Notes under the pieces: generated by a model
What the model was told of the DNA's origin: nothing
The model's input: only the letters and a program-made list of their open reading frames with translations
Databases searched by the model: none
Position numbers and translations under genes: made by a program
NCBI RefSeq assembly: GCF_006345805.1
Contig: NC_043020.1
Location: 1,178,001 to 1,242,000 of the forward strand
Source of the DNA: Octopus sinensis
Lineage: Eukaryota
Length of the DNA: 64,000 nucleotides
Direction of reading: 5' to 3'
Part shown: piece by piece, positions 53,854 to 64,000 of the stretch
How positions within the stretch are numbered: position 1 is the stretch's first letter
Layout: every line of letters starts with the position of its first letter

Positions 53854-54276
53854 AAGAGATCGATAAATAGGCAGCTATGAATACGTGCACACACACCTAC
53901 AATCAAAAATACATACAATCACACACACACACATACATATACTCGTTTATTTTCCTTTGTATGAACAAGAAGAAGAAAACACTAACTGTATTTACCTAAG
54001 TTCATACGATTCCAAGCATTTTTGCATTACATTTGTCTTTGTTTCGCTGATATTCTCTGTGATGTGTACGACTGTTTGTTATTTAATTAATAGCACTGCT
54101 AGCAATCTCACGGTACGGAAATTAGTCTGGTTAGTGTGGCTGTATGCTCCTGGGTACTTATTAGTGCAGACAGCTATTAAGCTTTCGTTCGCTTTGTAGG
54201 CGGAAAAATGAGGGCGCATCCTGTCTGATGAAACAGCTGTAAATATAATCTCATTTGCTTTTGTGCATGGAGAGGA

Positions 54277-54320
<44 letters not shown>

Positions 54321-54408
54321 TTACAGTCGTTCATACGTTCGCAGAGCGGATATTATAAACTGCAGATATATGGCTATTAATAGTACAACACACATTCAAA
54401 TATATATA

Positions 54409-54444
<36 letters not shown>

Positions 54445-54604
54445 TGTATGTATGTATGTATGTATGTATGTATGTATGTATGCATGCATGTATGTATATA
54501 TATATATGATGGACATGTGTACATTTATATATATATATATGTGTGTTTGTGTGAGTATGTATGTATATTTGTGTGTGTGTGTGTATGTGTCTATGTATAT
54601 ATAT

Positions 54605-55345
54605 ACTCTTTAACTTCTTTCAGTCATTTGACTGCGACCATGCTGGAGCACCGCCTTTAGTCGAGCAAATCGACCCCAGAGTTTATTCTTTGTAAGCCTA
54701 GTACTTATTCTATCGGTTTCTTTTGCCGAACCTCTAAGTTATAGGAACGTAAACACACCAGCATATGTTGTCAAGCGATGTTGGTAGGACAAACACAGAC
54801 ACACAAACATGTACACATACATACATATACATATAAATACATATATACGACGGGCCTCTTCCAGTTTCCGTCTACCAAATCCATTCACAAGGCTTCAAAT
54901 GATTGAAACAAGTAAAAAAAATAAAAGAATATATATATATTTATATATACTTAGGTGTAGGCGTGGTTGTGTGGTAAGGAGCTTGCTTCCCAACCGCATG
55001 GTTCCTGGTTCAGTCCCACTGCGAGGCACCTTGGGCAAGTGTCTTCTACTATAGCCTCGGGCCCGACCAAAGCCTTGTAAGTGGATTTGTACACGGAAAC
55101 TGAAAGAAGCCCGTCGTGTATATGCATATACGTCTGTGTGTGTATGAATCTGTGTGTGTGTGTGTGTGTCTTTGTGTCTGCGTTTGTCCCCCACTACTGC
55201 TTCATAATCGGTGTTGGTATGTTTACGTCGCCGTAACTTAAGAGACCTATACAATAAGTACTAGGTTTTCAAGAAATATCCTGCTGTCAATTTGTTCGAC
55301 AACAAAAAAAAATTCTAACTGCAGTGCTCCAGCATGGCAACAGTC
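54605..55345. mobile_element. Two S1 SINEs in divergent (inverted) orientation
   Basis: Minus copy 54605-54895 and plus copy 54955-55345. Confidence 0.8.
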
Positions 55346-56539
55346 AAATGACTGAAACAAGTGACATAGACTTTAGTACAGTACCCGACCAAATATTCGG
55401 TAAATTTGAGCCCGGAAGTTGTTCGAAACTCTGGACATTGCCCGGTCTGAGATTCGAACCCGCGATCCCTCGACCACGGATCCGCAGTTCTAACCACTAG
55501 GCCAAAAGCATATTTAACAGATTAAAATTAATGCATGTCTAAAGCAGGGTCTGTTTGATATTTATTAATCTATTTCTTATATTTATTTATGCGCCCTTTT
55601 CAAGCCTAGGCAGGCTCATGGGCCCGGTGTCCCGGTTTCTATGGCGTATGTGTTCTCCCCAGCTAGACGGGACGCCAGTCCAACGCAGCGTTACTCAAGA
55701 AACAGGAAGAGAGAGTGAGAGAAAGTTGGGGCGAAAAAGCACAACAGGGATCGACACCAACCCCCGCCAGAACTTCGTGGAGCTTTAGGTGTTTTCGCTC
55801 AATAAACACGCACAACGCCCGGTCTGGGAATCGAAACCGCGATCCTCCGTCCGCGAGTCCGCTGCTCTAGCCACTGGGCCATTGCACCTCCACATTAATC
55901 TATTTAGTAGTCTTTAAATATGCCATACTGTACCGTGTATACAGCGTGATGTTTATTGGACGAAAATTAAAAGAAAAAATGTAATAAACATTTAACAGAC
56001 ACAATGCAAATTATGTTTAATCCTTGTTAATCCACATAAAATGTAAACAACAAAACTATTTTTAACAAGGCGTATGCAAATTAACCAACTTCAAAAGAAA
56101 GGTCTGTTTACTGAATACAGAGAACAGTATATTGCAGGTTATCCCCACAGGGTTTCCGGGTTTCTGGAAATTTCGGATTCATGAAAGCCGGATAAGAAAT
56201 CCGTTACTGTGTTGGATTAACAACACTAAGTACTTTGGCACGATATGCTATCGATTTTGAAAGACAATCTATTTAATTTACGTAATTAAGAAAATTAAAA
56301 CGAATTGGATGCGGATAACCATTTAAGACTTTTATCATCATTGCTTGCTATTTCTTAACTAAACTTTAATTTACCATTATTTGGATTAAAAATACGAATA
56401 ATTCCTCGGGAAATCTTTAACTAATTAGCTCAAGACACTTTTAGCTATACTTATTATTCACTTATGAAATTTATACAGAATTAAACAAATTTACGTTTTC
56501 TATTTTTCGGTGTTTGAAAAATAGTGATAGGTAAGCAAT

Positions 56540-57430
56540 CAAGGCAGCGAGCTGGCAGAATCGTTAGCACGCCCGGCGAAATGCTTAGCGGTATTTCGTC
56601 TGCCGCTACATTCTGAGTTCAAATTCCGCCGAGGTCGACTTTGCCTTTCATCCTTTCGGGGTCGATTAAATAAGTACCAGTTATGCACTGGGATCGATAT
56701 AATCGACTTAATCCCTTTGTCTATCCTTGTTTGTCCCCTCTGTGTTTAGCCCCTTGTGGGTAGTAAAGAAATAGGTATTTCATTTGCCGTTACGTTCTGA
56801 GTTCAAATTCCGCCGAGGTCGACTTTGCCTTTCATCCTTTCGGGGTCGATTAAATAAGTACCAGTTATGCACTGGGATCGATATAACCGACTTAATCCCT
56901 TTGTCTGTCCTTGTTTGTCCTCTCTGTGTTTAGCCCCTTGTGGGTAGTAAAGAAATAGGTATTTCGTCTGCCGCTACGTTCTGAGTTCAAATTCCGCCGA
57001 GGTCGACTTTGCCTTTCATCGTTTCGGGGTCAATTAAATAAGTACCAGTTACGTACTGGCGTCGATATAATCGACTCAATCCCTTTGTCTGTCTTTGTTT
57101 GTCCCCTCTGTGTTTAGCCCCTTGTGGGTAGTAAATAATTAGGTATTTCGTCTACCGTTACGTTCTGAGTTCAAATTCCGCCGAGGTCGACTTTGCCTTT
57201 CATCGTTTCGGGGTCAATTAAATAAGTACCAGTTACGTACTGGCGTTGATATAATCGACTCAATCCCTTTGTCTGTCTTTGTTTGTCCCCTCTGTGTTTA
57301 GCCCCTTGTGGGTAGTAAAGAAATAGGTATTTCTTCTGGCTCCTTTCGTTCTGATTTCAAGTTCCACCGACGCGGACTTTGCCTTTTAATTTTTACGAGG
57401 TCAATAAAATGAGTACGAATTGAGCGCTGG
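56540..57430 (+). repeat. SINE S2 tandem array: one head, four 184-bp units, then an old S2 body
   Basis: Units start at GGTATTT at 56590, 56774, 56958, 57142 and 57326 (exact 184-bp period). Confidence 0.92.
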
Positions 57431-60151
57431 GGGTCGATTACATTTACTATTCCCCGTCTAAAAATTCTTACCTTAAAACCACTATTTATATAATGAACTA
57501 TATTTTCAAAGATTTTGCTTCATCCTTCCGTTGTAAAACGGAGCCATTTTCGTAAAACAACGTATTCTAAATGGACAACGGTATACAAATATTTTACACT
57601 AAATTATTTATAACGAGTTGTGCATGGTCTGAAGAGATATTTATATGCAGTAACATTCTATATGGCTTCCTGAAGTATTTCGTTTTTGGATTTGGTTCGT
57701 GTGTTGAAGCATATTCTGTTGTGTCTGGGGAGAGTCATTTTCTTTTTGTGCCTTATAATATAACACACTCACCGGTAAAATTTCCACTTTTTTCTTATTT
57801 TTATTTTCCTAAACTTTTCGTTGCGTCTTACAACCTTTTCAATAATTTTGACTCTCTGAAGTATGTTTGCCTCTAAATTTTAGAAGTTATTTAAACAATT
57901 AGCAATAAAATCATCAGCTGCAATTTTCGTATGTAATTCTTTAAATAATTTTAAACAATTTTTTTTATAAATCTCACTAACTGTTAAGCATATATATTCC
58001 GTATGATAATATCCCATGATTTCTATATAAACCACAGTGCATTTTAATAAGTTAATTTGGTAAAAGATCTAAAAATACAAAGCCCAATGCCGTCACAAAT
58101 TTCAGCAGAATCAAGCTCATCCATTGTTATACCAAACGAATTAGAATCATTCTTCTCCACTCAGATCGGCATCAAAAGAAACCAATGCTTTTCATGCATC
58201 TCTATGCTTTTGAGATCAGAATCACTGGCCGAGATATAATTTCAGCGATAATTAATGCCTTTTGGAACAAAAATTCTATTCTCGAGGAATAGAATTCATT
58301 GATACCAAACTGAGTAAATTTCTACAGATGCTTTTACCTAATGTCATTAAACTAATTAATAAGTGTAATGTCGTTATTCAATAATGGCAAATTAATTATT
58401 TATTTAATTATATGAATTACAATAACAGGACCTAAGACACATTTTATTCAGTGTTCTTAATTCAAGTTTTCCTTGGATTTATTAAGCTACCAGTTAGGTT
58501 ATGAATAAAATTCTATTGAGGTTCTTAAGTTACATTAGGACATCGTAAAACTAGACATTCGGTGCAATCATTTATCTCTAACTCAGTTACAACTTCCTTA
58601 GATTCAGAGTTAACAGAATTAAGGATGTTATTATTAGCTTTTTATTATTATTCAATTAATTCAATTTGTATTATAAAATTTGCATTACGCAATTTATTGA
58701 AATAAACCAATTCTGTATTTCCTGTTGAATAATTTGACTTAACTACACTCTGAGGATAAAATAGAAAAACAGTTACCACAAAGAACAACCAGCAACGTTC
58801 ACAGTATCTGCCATTTTATATTACAGGGAACGAATTTTTCATCTCAGATTCACGGAAGAGAGAGGCTGTCCCAGGACTGAGGACATGGGATATTTCAACA
58901 GTAACCAGAACGAAAAGAAATCTATCAAATAATTCGCACGGAATCATTTTCCGTTTCTCTGTGCAGCTAGCTATACCTCACGTTTTTAAACTTTTAGAGA
59001 AAAACTTCAATATAATTGTCGTTGATAATTTAAAAGAAAATTTTAGTTTTTTTACAATGTAAAATACCGCATTCGATGGCGTATAAGACGCGATGGCATA
59101 TTAGATACACGCCGATTTCAGAAGCACTTGTTTAGGAAAAGAGATTTTATTGCATTATAGTAACTCGGCATAAAGGACCCGGGGGTACTTTTTGAGCCTC
59201 TGCTTCTTACACTGCTGGACAAAATCTTAAGACCAGTGACAGGTAGTTATTGACAAAGAGAAAGCTTGAACACAACTATTTATGAGGAATTTCAACCGTG
59301 TTATAGTAGAATAAGCACTAGGTTTACAAAGAATAAGTTCTGGGGTCGATTTGCTCGACTAAATGCAGTGCTCCAGCATGGCCACAGTCAAATGACTGAA
59401 ACAAGTAACAGAGTAAAAGAGTAAAAAGTATATGTATATGTATATGCTAGCTTGTATACATATATCTATGCGAAGTGTGTTTCCGTATGTGTGTGAATAT
59501 GTATGTGTGTGTGTGTGTCTAAATGTGTGTGTGTGTGTTTGTGTTTAATTTAATAATCCATTATATCGCCATCTCTAATTTTCGTTGTAGGCCATTTTGT
59601 TCGACAGTCGCTAATTTAGATGCAGAATATCTCGATGTTGATGTAAATAAAATATAATCTTTCCTTATTAACACAAACAAATGTGGCGAACATTCACAGC
59701 ATAAGTATTTGCCGAATTTGATATTAAGCATTACTAAGATGGCGGCGAGACGGCAGAATTGTTAGCTCGCCGGGAAAAATTGCTTGGTGGCATTTATGTT
59801 TTGAGATCAAATTCTTCCGAGGTCGACTTTGCCTTGCATCCTTTCGGAGTCGATAAAATAAGTACCAGTTGAACATTGGAATCGATGTTATCGATTTCGC
59901 ACCCCACCCCCCACCCGAAATGGCCAAAATTTGAAACCAATATTAAGCATTATGAAGGCGGCTAACTGGAGGAATTGTTAAGAACGCCGAGGAAAATGCT
60001 TAGCGCATTTCGTCCGTCTTTATGTTCTGGGTTCAAGTTCCGCTGAAGTCGACTTTGCCTTTCATCCTTTCGGGGTCGATAAGATAAGTACCAGACAAGC
60101 ACTGAAGTTGATGTAATTGACCAACCCACTTTCTCAAAATTTCTCTCTCTC

Positions 60152-60197
<46 letters not shown>

Positions 60198-60407
60198 ATA
60201 TATATGACGGGTTTCTTTCAGTTTCCGTCTACCAAATCCACACACAAGGCTTTGGTCGGTCAGAAGCTATAGTAGAAGACACTTGCCCAAAGTGCCACTT
60301 TGTGGGAATGAACCCAGAACCATGTGGTTGGTAAGCAAGCTATTTACCACAGAGCCACTCCTGCGCCTATATACATACATACATATGTATATATATATAA
60401 TATATAT

Positions 60408-60486
<79 letters not shown>

Positions 60487-61329
60487 TGGGTGTGTGTATG
60501 TGTTTCAGTATCTGTGAGTATCTTTTATTGGCACTTTGCAACACCGTCGTTCAGAGCAACTTCCTGCCACCTTCGACAAGTGCCTTCTACCTTAGCCTCG
60601 GGTCAACCAATGCCTTGTAAGTGGAGTGATTTGATAGGCACAAACAGTGAGGAAGCCCGCCGCACATATTCATACATGCATACATATCACGGCTTGACAG
60701 ACTGAAGTTGGTTTGTTTACGTTCCCGTAACTTAGGGGTTCAATAAAGAGACTAGTAGGATAAGTATCAGACTTAACTCATCGATTTCTTCGCCTGAACC
60801 CTTCAATGCAGTGCCCCAGCATGGTCACAATCCAATATATAGTAAAACAGTATATGAACAAAATACTAAATGAATAAAATGTATAGATACCAGCTTATCA
60901 TAATATAAATGAATTTCTAATACGTTATGTCCCCGATTTCCTTCCATAGTTTATCAGTCAATTGTCATTTAAAAATACTTTAAATTTTATTACTTCGATG
61001 TCAGAGCTTCCATACTTGGACTGGAGCAGAAATTATATTACGGAGGAACAAATATAAAAAAATTCGAGTTAGCAGGCGACAATTAATGGCACTAAAGCGC
61101 ATGCGCTAATTCAGTGATGAATTATAAAAATGGAATTGTTGAATAATGAAAGGCTACACGTTTCGTCGTCTGTCTTCATTAACCAATATCTCTGCAGATG
61201 GCACCACCGCCACAATTAAAGCTACACTGTTCCCAATTTATCACATCTGTGTATATGTGTGTGGTGTGTGTGTGTGTGTGTGATTATATGATTGTAGCAT
61301 TCTCTCGTTCTCTCTCTTTCTCTCGTTCT

Positions 61330-61414
61330 CTCTCTTTCTCTCGTTCTCTCTCTATCTATCTATCTCTATCTATCTTTCTTTCTATCTATGTATCTATGTA
61401 TGTATCTATCTATC

Positions 61415-61493
<79 letters not shown>

Positions 61494-61631
61494 ATCTATG
61501 TATCTATCTATCTATCTATCTCTGTCTATCTATCTCTATCTATCTATCTATCTATCTATCTACCTATCTCAATCTATCTATCTATCTCTATCTATCTATC
61601 TATCTATCTATCTCTCTATCTATCCATTTAT

Positions 61632-61664
<33 letters not shown>

Positions 61665-61710
61665 ATCTATCTATCTATCTATCTATCTCTATCTAGCTAT
61701 CTCTATCCAT

Positions 61711-61746
<36 letters not shown>

Positions 61747-61765
61747 TTATCTATCTATCTATCTC
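61330..61765. repeat. (CTAT)n microsatellite; similar (ATAG)n tracts at 38820-38900 and 40540-40690
   Basis: Direct reading. Confidence 0.95.
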
Positions 61766-62058
61766 TCTGCCTCTCTTTTCAACTAACCGAGGCGCGGCGT
61801 AACATACGTACTCTAGCCTAATAGAAGAAAGAAGAAAAAAATATGAAGCGACATCTATATGCGATGGATGCGTGAATGTAATTCGAGTCTTGGTCTGGAT
61901 TTCGCTATGACGTCACAACGGGACATTGAATGATTTAGACTTTGCCTGGGATTGGACAAGTGTGTCTGTTGGTTACGGGATATTGTTCTTTTATTGTTCC
62001 ATTTTCTTCAACTCCAATTGTTTGGATGCATAACAACAACAATAACAATAATATTATT

Positions 62059-62145
<87 letters not shown>

Positions 62146-62789
62146 CCTATTATAGGCACAACGCCTGAAATTTGAGAGGAGGGGCTAGTCGATTTCACTA
62201 ATCCCAACATTTGAATGGTCTTTATTTCATTGACGACAAAAGGATGAAAGGCAAAGTCGACCTTGGTGGAATGCTTTCGTTGATAGGCCCAAGATCTGAC
62301 ATTCTCTAGGAGGTGGGAACCAATTACATTGACTCCATGCTCAAATGGTACATGTTTTATCGGTGATAAATAATGATTTGAAATTTTGGCTCTTTTTAGG
62401 AAAAGGGGCCCTGTTGATTACATCAGCTACCTACCCACCCCCAGTGTTCAGCTGGTACTTATTCTATCGACTACAAAAGAATGCAAGATAAAATTGACCC
62501 CGGTGGAATTCGAACTCTGAACGTAGAGTCGGAACAAATCTCATAAATTATTTTGTTCGGTGCTCTAACGATTCTGCCAAATCTACATCTCGAACAACAA
62601 CAACACCAACAACGGCAAATACGAGTAGGAGGAGGAAAGAAAAAGTTCGAACATCGTGTAGAACTTGTGTTCTCCTAAATAAGCTAACGACAGTCTATCA
62701 TTCGATGTTGAATCAAAGAAACTATTCTTTCTCTTTCATTTTCCAATAACCAGTGCCTACACTCTATAGACAAACCATTGACACAATAA

Positions 62790-62865
62790 TAATAATAATG
62801 GCAAAAAGAAGAAGAAGAAGAAGAACCACAACAACAACAAACGACAATAGCAGCAACAACACCCC

Positions 62866-62916
<51 letters not shown>

Positions 62917-63020
62917 TAATAATAATAATAATAACGATTATTTTATTGACCACAAGGGCGATAAATTTGGACATTACGAAGATTAATAATAATAATAATA
63001 ATAATAATATAATAATAATA

Positions 63021-63052
<32 letters not shown>

Positions 63053-63247
63053 GTAATAATAATAACAACAACAACAACTAAAACAACAATAACAATAACA
63101 ACAATAATAATAAATGAGAGACATCGCATATAAAGAAGCTATATATACATATATATGTGTGTCTGTGTGTTTTCTTATATATATGTACGTGGAATATGTA
63201 TGCATATATATATGCATATACACGTAGATATACATACATATACATAC

Positions 63248-63299
<52 letters not shown>

Positions 63300-63337
63300 T
63301 AAACATACATACATACACACACACACACTCACACACG

Positions 63338-63375
<38 letters not shown>
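62790..63375. repeat. (AAT)n and (TA)n/(CA)n microsatellites
   Basis: Direct reading. Confidence 0.95.
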
Positions 63376-63376
<1 letters not shown>

Positions 63377-64000
63377 CTCAATGAAAGAAAAGCAAACAAA
63401 ATATTAAAAAGTTATCAAATTTTCTAAGCATTAATATTGCTGAGTTGATGGCAATTTTCGACTCTCTTTTGCTTTGTAAAGAAATCTATCAACAAGCAAA
63501 TTACTCCAGGGACACGATTAGTGAACACTGACATGGTTTTCTACGAACAAATTTCATGCTTTCTCGAATATTCTGTTCATAAATTTCTTTTGTTATTTGT
63601 CCAGAAATCTCAATAGACCCCGTTGCAAAGGCCAAACGTCTAAAGTTGAAGATTTGTGTACTAAGTTGAACAACTGCTGTTGATTCTCTCTGTTGCTTTG
63701 TTTAATCCTTTTTCTTTCTTTCTGTTTATTTATTCATTTATTTATTTGTTCCCTCATCGTGGGTTTAGGTATTATTTGTGCGGTTGTGTGGTTTTTTTGT
63801 GGTTAAGATGTTTGTTTAGCTAACACGAGCAGAGCGGGGTTCTATTGCACGGTACGGTGCAGTGAGCAATTCCTTACTGTCAGGTCCTCAAGCTAACCAG
63901 TAACGTGCAATGCATGACATCCTATCCAAGGAAAATGAGGAAAACACCGGCCTATGTGTGTGTCTGTGTTCAGATACTCATACCCAAACACACACACGAT

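Noticed and set aside
56004-56081. Two ATGCAAAT octamer motifs
   Set aside because: No snRNA or promoter context nearby; plausible by chance in AT-rich DNA.
56590-57330. Regular repeat array resembling CRISPR
   Set aside because: Eukaryotic context, no unique spacers; the units are whole SINE body-tail copies.
57745-57870. Minus-strand exon-like segment (ANILQRVKIIEKVVRRNEKFRKIK..., ccg|gtgagt)
   Set aside because: No similarity to genes A/B or known domains and no consistent neighbouring exons.
58826-58900. + strand exon-like GNEFFISDSRKREAVPGLRTWDIST
   Set aside because: Isolated, not homologous to the A/B family, weak donor.
61110-61200. Box C-like GTGATGA and hammerhead-like words
   Set aside because: No box D at a suitable distance; the hammerhead-like reading has a non-cleavable triplet and no proper stem II.

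Overview
Eukaryotic, AT-rich, extremely microsatellite- and SINE-dense DNA. The repeat landscape is typical of a coleoid cephalopod, probably Octopus (inference; no database search was run). Almost all ORFs in the supplied track are artefacts of simple repeats or SINEs. By manual splice-site and phase analysis I reconstruct two real spliced genes that the track only partly shows. Gene A (+ strand, 4 coding exons: 9517-9580, 11662-11822, 12257-12427, 13163-13567) encodes a complete 266-aa protein with a signal peptide, a TATA box and a polyA signal. Gene B (- strand, exons 34109-33940, 32203-32027, 28710-28150) is a convergent, highly diverged paralog with identical intron phases, shared motifs (EPV..IS.E; DKF...W; WVxC...NxGGL...KxxFxPRK) and a Thr-rich tail; its signal-peptide exon was not found. 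I cannot assign the family, so it is a candidate undescribed secreted protein family. The rest is at least four tRNA-derived SINE types with shuffled heads and tails (including 184-bp tandem multimers inside single TSDs), Penelope-like remnants carrying hammerhead-like motifs, RTE, HERO-like and R4/Dong-like LINE fragments, several MITEs and fold-back elements, and local duplications.
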